Made by a program: the position numbers and the translations under genes. From positions 594,877-658,876 of the forward strand of contig NW_027192205.1 in assembly GCF_041956535.1 (NCBI RefSeq): a stretch of 64,000 nt of DNA. The letters are read 5' to 3'. The number at the start of each line of letters is the position of its first letter. The stretch's first letter is position 1. Of the stretch, positions 1-14,401 are shown piece after piece. Source of the stretch: Calcarisporiella thermophila CBS 279.70. Taxonomy: Eukaryota > Fungi > Calcarisporiellomycota. Below the pieces are notes generated by a model. It was not told where the DNA came from. It did not search any database and saw only the letters and a program-made list of their open reading frames with translations.

Positions 1-49
1 TTGGTAACCATACGACAACTCTGGTACCGACGTGGACACGAGCTAGATC

Positions 50-1473
50 ATGCCGGAGCTACCTGAGGTTGAAAGAGCCAGACTTCTCTTGGAAGAGAAC
101 TGTGTAGGCCGGTAATACCATTCTAATGCCATAAAAATCGCAAGGGAGCGGGCACATTAACTGTGATTGTAGCACCATTTCAAAGGCTGAAGCGGTCGAG
201 GATAAAATCGTGTTCCAAGGCGACATTACACCTGAATCATTTTCTAGTACGCTTACAGGGCGGCGCGTAGTGGGAGTCCATCGCTATGGCAAGTATTTTT
301 GGATGGAGCTGGATGAAGGCCCCGGGCTAGTTGCCCATTTCGGAATGACTGGCAACATTCAGGTAAAGGGCAGCGGCTATCCACCGCGCACTATCTCTAT
401 GGTTGTTTGGCATCAACTTACTTCTACCTGTCGGCAGTTCGAGCACCTCCCTCCTCTACAGTATCGGTCGAAAAAGTCGAGCGACGGTTCTTTCCCTCCC
501 CGATTCCACAAGTTCATTATCACATTCTCTTCTGCTCCCTCTTTTCCTGCTGAGATCCATCTTGCATTCACGGATCCACGTCGCTTAGGACGCGTCCGGT
601 TTGTCAATCATCCTCAGAAGGAACCACCCATCTCGCTGCTGGGCTTTGATCCTATATTGAGTATGCCGAGCTTGGAGGAATTCAGCAAGCTTGTCCAGAA
701 AAGATCAATGCCCATCAAAGGCCTCTTACTAGATCAAGGTTTCTCAGCTGGCGTTGGGGTGAGTACACTAACTAGCCAGCCCAATTGGATTAATTGGAGG
801 CATCTATAACTATATGAACGACACTATTTTATAGAATTGGGTCGCCGATGAAGTCCTATTCCAGTCCAAGATACACCCGGCACAGCCCGCCAACACACTT
901 TCGGATGAGGAATGCGCTACATTACATGAAATGCTACAATATGTTTGTAATACTGCGGTTTCCGTGAATGCAGATTCATCGCAATTCCCAGAACACTGGA
1001 TCTTTTCGCGGCGATGGGGTAAGGGGAAGGGCAAAGGAGGCGGGATGACGGCCGATGGAAATAAAATTAAATACGAAACCGTAATTATCAGAGTGGATGG
1101 AGTGATTGAATTTAGCGGACACTAATATCGAATATATCTAACTATCCAGATCGCTGGGAGGACAACAGCGATAGTAGAGAGCGTGCAAAAACTAAGAAAG
1201 AGAAAAGCCAACCCCAGCACTACCGAGGATAAAGGTACTAGCGAAATGGAGGAAGACCCGGTGGCCACCAACCAGTCGAAGCGCAAACGTACAGTAAAAG
1301 CTGAGCATTTGAAGAAGGAGATCACAGCTGAGGCTTCAGAGGAGTTGAACATTCCAACTGATACAAAGGCCGATAATGCCCCAATTAAAAAGACAAAAAG
1401 GGTAAGAGTCGAAGTGAAAAAAGAAAACATCGAGGGACTTCGCCGATCTGCACGGCTATCAAAGGTCAAGTGA
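50..1473 (+). CDS. fpg: Formamidopyrimidine-DNA glycosylase (Fpg/MutM, eukaryotic zincless type), multi-exon
   Basis: N-terminal MPELPEVE catalytic motif at ATG 50; RYGKYFW, HFGMTG, DPRRLGRV, LLLDQ..SAGVG/NWVADEVL (H2TH) and IAGRTTA motifs; basic disordered C-tail; GT-AG introns at 112-172, 363-437, ~760-834 and ~1081-1149. Confidence 0.93.
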
Positions 1474-1907
1474 ATCCTGTCCTTGCCTACTGTAATTGAA
1501 TGGAGATATATAATGTATTAGACCCGTGGTTTATGGCGTGTTGCATAGTCATATTTTGGTTTTGTGTTTGATCTTTTATTTTGGTGAGAAAATATATGCG
1601 ATAGAACTTATAGTCTCTGGTTATGATGAAAATATAGCCAAAAGTGTGCTGAGCTTAGATAGATCGAGCTCTTCTCAATGCAAGATTCATTATGTGATAG
1701 GCAAGATCTCGATAAGAAAGTAGATACGAACTTGGATCAAATTACTTTAGAATAATTGCTTACTATATTTGTGAATGAGAGCAGTCAATTATAGATGAAA
1801 AAGGGGTGGCGTCATCAAATGTGTAGAGACGCTTATTTCTAATTGAAAATAGTTTTATCTCAGCCATCAGAATATATAATAAGGATTGACTAAAATTATA
1901 AAAAAGA

Positions 1908-4114
1908 ATGGCAGATGCATTTATAGGATTAATTGTGAAAGTTCTATTACATAATGGAACGACACTTCGTGGGATGGTGTCTCGTGTTGATCAGCATACA
2001 CAGTTTCTTACCCTACTAGACGGTACCTAGTTTCACAATGTAATCTGAGATCTGGAGAGTATGAATGCGATCTTTTTTTTTCTTAATCTACTAGTCGTCG
2101 TTGATATACCCGGATGTCGCTCCCAAAGTATTCCAACCTATGAGGTGCCAGGGTCGGACATCAAAGATCTCAACATTCTAAAGGAGAAGGCCGTAAGCGA
2201 TACACACACACCACAACTCCACCATCCGCAACCAGTTTCGCATACACTTCCATTATATATGGTTGATCCCGCCATTGTATCGGTAAATCTCCTCGAAATT
2301 AGGGAATATGGTGGAAGAGTAACAAGGCGAATCTTGTATTGGCTCTCTATTTTAGTACTCTCAAAATACCGCTAGCGAGAATGCACAGCAGAAGCAATCT
2401 ACCATTGAGCATAGGTTTTTAGCATGACATTGCTATTCCTCCATTCCTATTCATTGACGATTTTGCTGGCTGAATAGTAAATCATTTTCCCGCGATCTCA
2501 ATAATACTATACAGACATCATTTCCGCCTCCCCCTTCCTCCCTCAGTAAGACCCAATTAACCAACGTGGGTGACAGCGATGTTGATGTTACACCAAAATT
2601 CAAAACACTTCCTGGAGGTATTCTTCCTGCGAAAACGTCTACCATCGGAACCCCCGAGGTACTAGATTTTGAGCGATTGACCGATGCGGCCAACAAGATG
2701 ACGCTGAATAGCGGTGAAGAGGAGACCATGCGAAACGGACAGGATTGGAAGCTGCTCAAGAAAAAGGGCCGGAATTACCAACAGTATAAATCCCCTGCTT
2801 CTTCGCCTGCTAAACGTTCGGGCAACCGGCGACGACAGATGGTGTATGAATGGGGTGGAGATGTTAATGAGTTTAAAGAGGAGGAGTTTGATTTCCAAGG
2901 GAATTTGGACTTGTTCGACAAGGAGAAGGTGTTTGCAGAGATAAGAGTAAGTTTCTACTCTACAAACTGTTTCACTTGGAGTGTTTTGTCGGTGTGTTAA
3001 ACGGGATCTTCCCAAAATTCAGCAACTAGACGAGACGGCGCCAGAAACTCTCCTAGTCAATTTGAACCGTAATCCGGATCGCGCTCAAATACTTGCCAAC
3101 GGCGTGGACTTACACCACGTCACAAAATTGGCCCCACACGAAAACGTGCTGGAGGACGCACGTGTCTACCATAAAGAGGCCACCACAGAAGAGGATATGG
3201 AGAGCGACGACTCCTGGACCGCCCCGATCAAGAAGAAGAAGCATCAGCAGCAGCAGCAGCAACAGGGAGCTTGGTTGAAGCGAAAGGCAGCGCGGATCCG
3301 AACGGTGAGTGACGGCGTCATATGCCCAGTGGTCACTGCGGTGCAAATGGTTGAAGTCGAGCGTATCTGCGCCACGGAAACAGGGCCCAGCGAGGCAGGG
3401 ATGATCGAGAACGCCGGGCGTAGTGCGGCCCAAATGGCTCTCCAGGCATTGGGGGGCTCGCGTCGCATTCAAGCAAATAACCATAATGCGGCTCCCCTGG
3501 TCATTGTGCTCGCAGGCAATAACAAGACTGGCGCCTATTCCCTCTGTTGTGCACGACACCTGGCCAATCGTGGTGTTCAGGTTGTGGTGTGCTTGGTGGG
3601 GAGGGAGTCGGAATGGGGAAAAACGCTGAATTATCAGCGTAGAATCCTCGCTTCGACGGATGCAAAAATTGTACATACCCTCGCCGAATTACCGCGTGAA
3701 CGCAACACACCCGTTGACTTGATTATCGATGCTCTCCTGGGCTACCAGTTTACCTCGCTTGACCTTCCAGACGATGAGCGAAATCGTCGACTCGTACGCG
3801 AGTTGATTGGATGGGCGAATCGCAACAAGGCACCGGTTATGAGCCTGGATGTTCCTAGCGGTGCCAACGCCCTGGAACTTGAGGACGAGGATGAAATTGA
3901 GGATGGAGATGGGGACGAGGACGGGGCTTGCATCAAGGCCAAATGGACGTTGTGTCTGGGGGCTCCAAAAACTGGGTGCCGTGGACGTTCAATGACGGGC
4001 GAAATATTCCTGGGAGATATTGGAATTCCGCGGTGTTGCTGGAGAAAGGTCGGAGTGAAGGGCTGGAATATTCCGTGGGGAGCCGAGTATGTGGTTGGGT
4101 TAGAGTACGAGTAG
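1908..4114 (+). CDS. EDC3: Enhancer of mRNA-decapping protein 3 (LSm + FDF + YjeF_N), multi-exon
   Basis: Exon 1 MADAFIGLIVKVLLHNGTTLRGMVSRVD (LSm-like); DPAIVS; EEEFDFQGNLDLFDKEKVFAEIR (FDF); YjeF_N motifs MIENAGR, LAGNNKTG, ARHLANRG, DLIIDALLG, SLDVPSG. Confidence 0.92.
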
Positions 4115-4614
4115 GCCAACTTTCTTGCATATGGCGAAGCTTCTTTGCTCTGTAGTTCGTCTGTTATATTTTCATATTTTTGCTTTCTCTCCTTGTTTAC
4201 ACATGCAATTTATATATACGTATATATACTTTGTCATCCTCTTCGTACCCCCTTCCTCCTATCCCTTTCACGCTACATGATGGATTTATTTTGATTAATT
4301 TGTGGATATATATGGTCGTTTATTCTTTTTTACGTTTCAGCAAAATGGTAGCAATGGGGAACCTCGCCAGTGCTTTAATCTCTTTTCCAGTCCTAGGATG
4401 GAGAGCAATATCAATACAAGTTTCTTTCAAATTTCTTTTGACCAAAGGCCAAGATGGGGCGAGATTTTTGTGGGAGAATGGATCCGGTGAGATTTGCGGC
4501 TTCCACATGAAGCGCCTGCATGCAGGTCAGGGTCGAGCAACCTGTATGCCTTGAATCTTTCTGGGCATATTATCCTCAGAATGGACAACTTTATTTACAG
4601 CACTTTATTCTAAA

Positions 4615-4995
4615 CTACAATATATTGCAACAGAAACCTGAGCACCGCAAGTTCTGTTCCCTCCAGGCAATGTCTGCATCGATTAGAGTCGACCGCCACA
4701 CATATTCATAGTAAGAGCATTGGTTACAGTGGGCCGTGGCTAAGTATGGGGAGCGAAAAAGAAAGGTAAGGCGAATCCATGCGGAAATCAAGGAGGGAAG
4801 CGAGAAAAAAAAAACGAATAAGAAGGAAAAATTACCTTGATCCTTGTCGTAGAAAATCATATGGCAGCCGAAGCAGGTGTACGCCTCAACATAGGGTGGG
4901 ATGTAGACGCCGTGGTAGCTGGCCAAGTGCATGGCCCAGTGAGAAAAGGGAACACACTGCGTGCAATAGCCACAATAATAGCTTGGGGGATACAT
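4615..4995 (-). CDS. Small (94 aa) Cys/His-rich protein with two zinc-finger-like motifs, 2 exons
   Basis: ATG at 4995 in tcaacaATG context; YYCGYC..HWAMHLASYH and YTCFGC..ATAHCNQC after removing a GT-AG intron at 4835-4740 with a polypyrimidine tract; C-terminal CSGFCC. Confidence 0.65.
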   Translation of the reverse strand: MYPPSYYCGYCTQCVPFSHWAMHLASYHGVYIPPYVEAYTCFGCHMIFYDKDQGNFSFLFVFFFSLPSLISAWIRLTFLFRSPYLATAHCNQCSYYEYVWRSTLIDADIAWREQNLRCSGFCCNIL

Positions 4996-5942
4996 TGTTG
5001 ATACAGGGGGCACCGATATTATACAAGAAACGCTGGCACTATTTTCTGCTAGACGTGAGAGACTATGGCGAGTGGATTAACAAAAATATGGGTGGGAACT
5101 AGCTGGGCAAGAGGAATCGCGATGGAATGGTCAGGTTGTCAAGGGATGAAATAAATGAGAACACAAGCCAGTTGCCAGCGGAAGAGCTGGCTTTACTACC
5201 CTGACGTCGCTGCCGACAGCGAGGTTCCGGAAAGAAACAGAATACTTAGGGGGAGACAAAGAGGGACGAGAAGAAGACAAAGAGTTCAAATGCAAGCCAA
5301 TCATTTCAGATTCCAGCTGACCAACAGACGTCTCCTCAGATCCAGACAGGTGGTAAACCTTGTTTCCATGAATCTTGATTCTAGATGTGGAGAAGCGCGG
5401 GATTACGGGAAAATTCCCCAGATTTGCCGCCGTGTTCTATGTTGCAAAAGCCGGCTAGCTCAGGTATATCCAGAATTCATTAATCGGGAAAGCTCGCGTC
5501 ATCATGCGAACGGATCGCGCTCTGATGAGTCGTACGGCCCCCCTTAGTACCACACCTGTTACTAGATCACCGAATAGGGGCGCATCATCATTTGATGCCA
5601 CCTATTCCATGCTGACATTTTGCAGGGCGTGACCATGATTTATAGAATAGCATCAAAAATTTATTCAGGCTTTATCCCGTTAGGGCAAGTTTAGGAGATA
5701 AGTTACATGATATAAAAGAAAAAGAGGGAGAAGGCAAAAGGAAATAAGGAAAATGTAGGGGAAGAAAAGGCAATGAAATAATGAAAAGGGAATACCGATT
5801 CATACCTAATAGCTGCTAAATTTTTTCCAAGCCTATACAACATAAATATAACATATATATATAACCCCCAATATATAAAAGGAGAAGAGAATAAGAGGGG
5901 AAAAAATCAACCAAATCAACCAAATGCACTCAGAATTGGAGG

Positions 5943-7193
5943 CTATTCGATGGCGGAAGAGCGCTGAATTAACTCCTCTAGGCGTTGCTGGCTAGTTCGT
6001 CTAATCTCAAACTCGGAGGCACGAAAGGTCGTGGTCATACGTGGAGCGGAGGGACGATGTATCATGGACGAATCCACCACTGTAGAAGCGGACACGTGCA
6101 CTTCCTTTGGGTGGGCAGCGGCCATGATCTTGCCGATATTGTTCTCATTAATGCCTGCCCGCAAAATAATGGGTTAAATGAAGAAAAACGAGGAAAAGAG
6201 CACGTCTAGGTTTTTATTACCGGCGCCAGGCATGATGGACACTCGGTCTCCAGCTTGTTCAATCAGCTTTGTGATCAGCTCCAGGCCCTCGTAGGCTGAG
6301 TTTTCTTGGCCGCTATAGAACACTTGTGGGCTTAATGGAATACAAGAGATGGCCGTATAATCTAATGCAAACCTGGTCAACACACGATTCACGCCAAGCG
6401 ATATCAAATCCTCCAGCGATTGAATTGGGTCCTTGGTCATGTCGAAAGCACGGTGAAAGGTTACCTGCAACGGCCGCGCATAGTTTATGAGGCTATAGGA
6501 GAAATCATGTCTTATGGAGATGACCATACAGCCAGCAACACATAAGCCCAACTTACATCTTTGTCCTTTCCTTATCTACACTTCCGTCGGGCTTGAGGAT
6601 ACCGAAGACAACGCCATACGCGCCTAAAGATTTGGCCATCTTATGGGATGCATGGGATCAGGGAAAACGGAGGGATGTAGAATGCACGCGCCAATGTCTA
6701 ACTCACCTCGATATCGTATTTCATCGCCTCGAATTCCTCTTCGCTGTAACAAAAATCCCCTCCTCTATAAAGGGGAGTCAAAAAGAATGCTTTTCTCCAC
6801 TCTGCTGAAGAGGCACTTACCGAGGCCGAATCATAACCTAGGCATGATAAGCGAGGAAATGAAAAGAGTAAAATCAGACATTAATAAGTGATCTAGCTCA
6901 ATCCCTAGCAATTCATTCACCATTATAGGGATGTTCACTTTCTTTCTGCAAACCGAGATCATGCCTATCAAAATTCAAATCCAACCAGCCATTAATTCCT
7001 CAGACCCTTCACCGTCCCGGGAACAAAAAAAAAGCGAGGGTTTACCGGCGCTGGGTGTTGTGCCCCCCTCCAGCAAATTATTGCAGAGCTCTACTCGCGC
7101 CGCACCAGCGTTTTCAGCGGCGATCGCGCCCTCAACGCTGTCGATGCACACCTCGAAATCGCATCCGATATCGTAGTTGGTATTATTATTCAT
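5943..7193 (-). CDS. cutC: Copper homeostasis protein CutC, multi-exon
   Basis: [78 protein letters not shown] motifs; includes a 17-nt micro-exon (VMIRPR). Confidence 0.94.
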
Positions 7194-7488
7194 ATTCAAG
7201 GTATCGCAGGAAAATACGCTAAAAGATCATGGAGCAGATAACGCGTTATTATTTCTTGTTTTATTTTTCAGGAGAAGAGGGTGGAGATATCAGGTGTGAA
7301 CAAAGCGAAAAAAAAAAAATAAAATAAAATAAAACAACTTTTCTCACAGAATTAAGTAATTATTGGTCGTCCCAAAAACTTCCAAATCGATAAAATGCAG
7401 GAACACACGAAGGGAAAATAAAATAAAATAAAGCAAAGATAATGGAGGTTGTCTTGTTGGGCCAAAGGTTCCATTGCCAAAGAGGGCC

Positions 7489-10400
7489 TTAGTGGAAGTA
7501 CTTGTCCAGGCTCTCTCCCAAGTACTGCTCGATCAGCCGCACAACCTCTTGCGTCTGTTTTTCAACTCTGTCGTCCTCATCCTCCATCAATTCCGCCAGG
7601 AATGGAATTGTCTCCGGGAGCAAGATCAGGAATTCCTCGCCCAACCGAGAGTAGAATTCCTCCACCACCTTCAGCGCACCCAGCCGCACCTCGGCGGAAT
7701 CGTGACGCGTCTTCATGAGCACGCGATGGCTGAGCGGCTTCCAGTGGGCCTCGTTTCCGGCAGTGACGGCAAGCTGACCCAAGCAAGTGACCAGCGCGGG
7801 GGGGCATGTGATGGAGAGCTGGTCGACCAGCGGCCCGATGAGCGCGTCGAGTTTGTCCTGCCAGAAGCCATCGTTGTCGTAGAGTAAGCTCTTGTGCAGC
7901 GCCTCAATAACAAAGGCCCATAGCGGCTCCGAGGCATCTCGTTTCTCCTGAGCATAGGCGTTCAGGAGACCAATGCAGTGGTCGATCACATACCCAAAGT
8001 AGGGCGCGACGATGGATTTGAGCTTGTTGAGAAGTCCGTCCAGCACATGGTAGAACACCGTCAAGCGGGCGTTGGAGTCCTCCGGCCCCTCCACGCTTAC
8101 GGTGGCCCAGTCGACAAGCTTCAGGAACATAGGCTTGAAGCGGGACTCGTTCAGCTTCATTACCAGCTCCAAGAACGCGCCCAGCGTGTGCTCCTCAGCC
8201 TTGTCAATGTAAGCAAGGTTAGGCTTAGCCCGGCGGAGATCAAACATGGAGAGGAGATGTTTGAAGAGAACGGCCTGGTGCGCGGCGATGGCGTCGCGTG
8301 GCATCGCCACAACGGCTTCCGTCAGCGTGTCTAGCATGGTAAGCAGAGGGAGCTCGTGGTCGGTGAGTTGGTTGAAGCAGGCAAGCAGAGGCGGCAGGAA
8401 CACGCGCGGCGGGACCTTGGTTGCCATCAGGGAAAGCATCTGGCGTGCTCGCTCTTCTGCCTGCTGCTTCTTGCCATCATTCCCTTCGTACCCCATCAGC
8501 TTCGGGTGCAGTGCAATACCCAGGATGCGCGTCAAATAGGGGCTTACGAAATGCGGCAGACAGCGAACGACCGTCTCCAGCGCCACCGTGCCACTCAGCT
8601 GGAGGACCACGGTGGATCGCTCGCCCTCTTCACCTTGCGTCGACTTTAGGGTCTCCTCCACAATGCCCAGGATGATAGGCATGAACTGGGGCAGATACGG
8701 CACAGCGTGTGGGCCAAGCTCTTGGCACATGGTGCCCAAACACACCAAGCTCGAAACACACACCTGGGCGCTGGGGTGCTGCATAGTGGCCAGAAGCTGG
8801 GGCATGGTGTCCGCAAACGCTTTGGGCGCAGTCTTTCCGAACCGATTGGCCAGCGTCGTCAAGCAGACGAGTGCGGTCTGCTTGCCGACCACCTCGGTCT
8901 CGTCTTGAGAGTCGGATGCTTTCCCTAGAATGTCCCCGAGTTCTTTGGCCATTTCAATAAAGAGGGCCTGATCCTGCTCTCCGGCGTGGGATCGCGTGGA
9001 AGCCACCTTCTCGTTGAACAACACCATGGCTTTACGGCGAACAGAGAACTCGTTGTGGTGGAAGAGCTCCTTCATGATGCGCACAAACACAGGCAGCGAC
9101 AACATGCCATTGACCTTGTCGAGCACGTCATGCGCAACCTTGACAATGCCGCGCCAGAATTTCACTACCGGTGGGACGCTGTTGTCGCGGGCCGCATACG
9201 CCTTGTGGTGCTGGCCGAAGTAGGCAATGAGTTGTAGCAAGAGCTCGGACATTCTGAGATAGAGTGCATCCCCCTCCTCGATGGAAGTGTGGGCGGACTT
9301 GCTGGTGAAAGCCTTGTTGACCAGAAGCTGACCAGCGAAGTTGAGCGTAGCAAGCTTGAATTGCCGCAGCTGCTTGTCGGAATGCTCTGCCAAATCGAAG
9401 AACGTTTCCGCCGTCTCCACCTCCATCTCCATCGTCCGCGCCGCATTTTTCTTTCCTCTGGTCTTCTTCTCCTGCTCGACGAGCTTCTCGTTCGGGAGCT
9501 TGAGTAGACTTTCGAATAGAGAGATCAGGGATTTCATCTGGGAGAGGGGCGCAAACTGGTTCGAGACGGTCAGGCAGAACTCGCACAACGACTCCGCCTC
9601 GGAGTTGTGTCCTTTCTGGAGCTTCTCGGTGTACTTCTCGAGGAGGAGGGTGAGGACAGCGTAGAGGAACTCGGTCTCGCCGAGCGTTTGGATCAAAATG
9701 GTGAACAATCTCAGGCGTCGATGCTTGGGTATATGGAATAGCGCATCCACGAACACCTTGATGATGGGTTTGACCTGGGGAACAAAGTGGTCGTCCTTCT
9801 TCTCTGCAGCACGACGGTGGCTGGCCACGAGGGGAGGAATCACCTTTTCCAGAGTCTATAGGAAGGGAAAAAAAACAATTAGCCATTCACTAAGGAGCAC
9901 AGAGTAGAACCTAGGCGTACCTGTTGAATCACGTGGAAACTGTAGTTGTCATCTTGGCGCAGTACATTCGCACCCATGAAGGTGAACACGGGCATGATAT
10001 TGTGCAAGACACGCTCGGGAAATCGTGGCGCAATGGCAGCCATTAGCAGCAGGGCTTGGTTGTGGGTCTGCGGGTTGCCAGTCGCGCGGATGCACTGGAC
10101 CAAAAGATCCACCCTGATGGCGTTCTCCTCCACACTCTCACATTCTCTCAGGATGGAGGTGAGTGACGACATGACCAACTGGTTCACATACTCGAGTGAA
10201 ACGGGGGTATCCTGCCATTCGCCGTTGAAGATGGTGGCTAACAAATCGAAAAGAGCGGGCACAAGGATCACGTCCTCGCGCACTGGCTTGTACTCCAGCA
10301 TCTCCAATAGGGTGATCAGGCGATAGAGGGGCTGTAGGGCTTCGTTGTCGGGGGTTGTGCGGCGCGTCTTCTTGATGACCTCAACCTTGACGAGCTCCAC

Positions 10401-13352
10401 CAGCGCCTCCTGCACTGTGGCGAGCTCGCCCGCGACAAGCTGTGCATGGATTGGCAACTGTTTCAACACCCCCTTCACCGCCTTGACAATCTCCTGCTCC
10501 GCGTTTGTGGCGAGCTCTACCAGCTCGGCGAAGAGCTCAGCCTGTTTAGCCGGACTGAGTGCTTCGAAGAGAGCAGGGGTGATCTGGGCCAGAGCTGCCC
10601 TGCGCACCGCATTCTCGTTCTCGCCTCCCTCTCCACTTCCACGGAGAAGCCCCAAAAACACCTTCATATAGGCGGTATTCTTTCCGTCCAGCAACGATGC
10701 CGTCGCGGGAGTGAAGCATTTCACGAGGGCGATCATCAACTCCGTCTCGCGGCGGGACTTTTGCATCAATGGCAGGAGAATCGTCAGTTTCATTGGAGAG
10801 CGCACGCAAGCGGTGAGCTGCACGAGGCGAAGCTGTGCGACGGGTTTGTGGAATGCAAGAACGTGAGATCCGATGAAAGAGAGGAGGGTTTCTTTCTTTG
10901 AAACGGTGGCGCGGGTATCATTGGACTCCTTGTTGAGGCTCTGCCCCAGGAATTGGGAGACGTAGTCGCCACTGGTAAGGAACTCTTCCTTCGCTTGCAG
11001 GATTACACGGACAAATTCTGCCACCACACCAGCCGGCAAATACTGGAGCTCTTCCGACGCCGAAAGGCCATAGAAAGCGTCCAGCTTGAAGATCGGCACA
11101 GAGGGAGTCGCTTTACGCTTACGCGAAGTTTCTGTGGGAAGCTTGAAGTTGGAGTACAATTTGGAGAGGGTTTGAAGGCAGGTCACCGCGGCCTGACGCA
11201 CGGGCTTGGAGGGACTTCCGAGAGCGAGGAGCAGGGAGGGTATCACGATCTGGAAGTCGAGGGTGGAGTTCTGCTCGGCGTGTGCGGCGAAAAACACGTT
11301 CGCAATCTGGAGCGAGCGAGCTTGCACAAGCACGGGGGTTTGGATGACATCGTCTGTCCAGAATTTGGCCAGAAACTCAATCACGTTCTCGCCGATGTGC
11401 TTCTCAAGCAACCGCTGGATCTTCTCCTCGCAGCTGGCAAAGTGGGATCCAGATGCAAGGAAGCAGTAGAGCCTTGCCACGGTTTTCTTGTAAGCGACCA
11501 CCTCTGCACTCTCACCCGCTTCATTCAGCCATGCCATGGGCGCCTTGGGGGCCTTTAAGCCTTGGAGCACCCCGAGAACACCAAACATAAACAGCCGCTC
11601 CGTGTCGATCGGCCTCTTGAAAGCGTTGTCCGGGGGCAATCCACCCTCTTGTAGCTTCACGCCCTCGTTGACGTCACGCAATCTGGTGAAGAGAGCGGTC
11701 AGGAAGGGTGCCACGACCGCGTTCTGCTTGTCCCCCTCTAAATTCCATATTAATCGCGTGAGGACAAACACGGCGGTGACGCGCTCACTGTATTCGGTAC
11801 TGTTGACAGCGGCCAGCAGCTGGCTGACCTCTGTCTCCATCGTCGCACTCGTTAACAGCGTATCGGCGATTTTTTGGATGCTCTTCACATCCGTCACTCG
11901 CACCTTTAGTCGGGAGTCCTCCTCGGCCTCATCCTCCGACGCGGCGTCCACCTTTTCATTTTGGAAGATCAGGCTTGGCACCATCACGCTCAGCCTCTCC
12001 TTCGTCTCCGGATTGTCCACCAATTTTTGGAAGAAGTCCTGGGTGGTGTCCTGCCGTTGCAGAATCGCGTCCAAAATCTTGGAGTTATCCCGGGCTTTCT
12101 CCTGAATTAGGCTACTCACAAAGAGGGCCATGAAGCGGTCCGACTGATATTTGCGGCAAATTTCGCCCAACATTTCGGGCAGGCCTTGCACCTTTACCAG
12201 CCTTGCGGCCGCGCGCGCCGGGAACGCATCGAGCGACTCTTGTGTCTGGCAGACATGGACCAGGAAGAGCAGCAGTTGGATGATGTGCTCAGCCGCGGCG
12301 TGTTGCGTGGCCGTCACCAAAATGGCGGTGGCTGCCTCGTTGGAGAGGGTGGCGCGGACACACACCTGAGAGAGCACGATATAACTTGCCAGCTGGAATT
12401 CCGTTTTTGACTTGAGACCATGCAATAAATGGGGCAGAATGGTGGTGAGGATGTCGTCCGTCACCTTGGGAACGGCTTGGATATAGGCGACAAGGGTGGA
12501 GGCATGAAATGCGAAGAGAGTCCGGAAACTCAGCCGCTTGGAAGAGGCGGTGGAAACCAGCTCACACACAAACTCGAGGAGAGCACGGTCTTTCACCAGG
12601 CGCTGCACAAGATTTCCTCGCTCAAGGGGGTGTTTGGATTTTTTCAGTGGGAGCAGGAAGGACCACAGGCTTCCCTCTCTGAACAATGGACAAAACAATT
12701 AGCATCAGGGTGAATTCGGGCTCATGATCACGGCCAAAACTTACTCTATCTGCAGAAGGTTTACCATGGTTACAAACTGCTTGGTTTCGTGGTAGGGTAA
12801 AATACATTTCATCACGGCATCCACATTAAACTCGTGAATGCTAGCATGGACAACATGAGGAACGTCAGATTTTCCAATCCAAAAAAGTTTAAATCCAATT
12901 GTAAGCCTTACCGAAATCTTCGAATGAGCCATTCTAATGCCTTCCCGGCAGGATTTAACAAAAAATGAGGTGAAAGTTGTCGTAAAAATGTCTCGATGCT
13001 TTCGTCCAATTTCGAATTTTCTTGTTTTGTCTGTTGCCAAGTTGGAAGGGAGTGATAAATAAACGATGCCACATTCCATTCCAAGTATATTTGAACTCAC
13101 TTGTAATAATCGATCTACACCCTTCATACTCTCTGAAAAGAGGGTCCGTTCATAGGCTGCAAATCTCTCGTCCAGCTCCCGCAGCTCCGCGAGCCCAGCA
13201 ATCCCGATGGTGTATATGGTATCGAGGTCCTGGTCTGCGGCCTGCTTTGCATCAAATAAGAAAGAGGCGCGGAAGCGTTGGCTTTTGGCCAGCGACTTTT
13301 GCCGCTGGTCAGCAACACCTATCGATTTTAACTGCTGGGAAAGTGATGACAT
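7489..13352 (-). CDS. UTP10: U3 snoRNA-associated protein 10 (UTP10/HEATR1/BAP28), multi-exon
   Basis: N-terminus MSSLSQQL..RASFLFDAKQAA; ILPYHET; LHNIMPVFTFMGANVLRQDDNYSF; C-terminal BP28CT KLNESRFKPMFLKLVDWA and LLPETIPFLAELMEDED. Confidence 0.96.
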
Positions 13353-14401
13353 AGCAGCTAGAGCCCTAGTGATGCAAACCGAGGTAGGGCAGGAGAAGAA
13401 AACGGTATCATCTTAAAAACTTGAACTTCGAGTGGCTTGGATATCGTAAACAAAACCTCACCCAATGAGCCCTACGGAATGTGACTTGCACTTGGTTGCT
13501 ATTTTCGAAGAGCACTGATAGCCCAGCCACGTAGGGTCTAAGGACTAACCTGTGGGCGGCATCGATACTTAGCGTTTAATATGTAAACATGGCCCCCACG
13601 AGTCCAGCCTCGGGATTGCACTGAGCTCCAGAGAAAATTGGAGCTGAAAGGCTCCCTTTACATAGGGGCGTCCAAATTCGGCTTTGGCATCCGCCCCTAT
13701 AACAGCTATGGTTTGCCATACAAACCTAGGCCAGAAATCCCTCTCTGATTGGCAAGCCAATAAGACCCGATTTACCAAACCGGTTGAGCGCATTCATGAC
13801 ATTTCTTAGGCCTCACAAAGAACCGCCCTTTCAAACTCAATGGAGTCACGTGTAATACCACCATATTTGGCCACCGAAGAATGGGTGATTACACTAGCAG
13901 CAGCAGTGTATCGCCTTAGTAATTATTTTTTTTTTCATGCCTCTGGATGGCTCCATCCCAGTTTGGCACGGCTAATTTGGGGACTGAAGAGGGAGGTCCA
14001 TGACGTGCGGACTATAATAAAGGAAAACATTTCAGTTAAGGTTTGTCTGTGGCTGGAATGCAGTCACAGTGTGGAGTCAAAGAGCACGAGGATGGATTTG
14101 ACTCTTAGGGAGGCAGGAGCCCTCTCTCGCCATTTCATCCCCCCTCCTCTTGAGTCAAATAACTTTATCGTGGGCCTTATTAAAAGCAATTATACGGTTG
14201 CTATCTGGTAAGCATGTTGACATTACGAGGCGGTGGAGTAATGTTGCGATGTCCCGTGACGGAAACTTCCTGCAATAAAGATAGACCCACTGTTTCTTTC
14301 ATATACTAAGGATAGAATTCCCGAGGCATTCATTAGATTCCCTTCTCAATCCCTTTCCTTCATTAACGTATCTTCCCTTTCCTCCATCTTTCCCATACTC
14401 T

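Noticed and set aside
1000-1180. Fpg without a C-terminal zinc finger
   Set aside because: The zincless form is the known state in plant and fungal Fpg
5515-5545. CTGATGAG plus a small stem resembling a hammerhead ribozyme core
   Set aside because: No GAAA after stem II and no stems I or III
7449-12713. Many 60-250 aa antisense and alternate-frame ORFs over UTP10 (also over CYR1, MATE and FRS1)
   Set aside because: Shadow ORFs expected from GC-rich codon usage; no independent motifs
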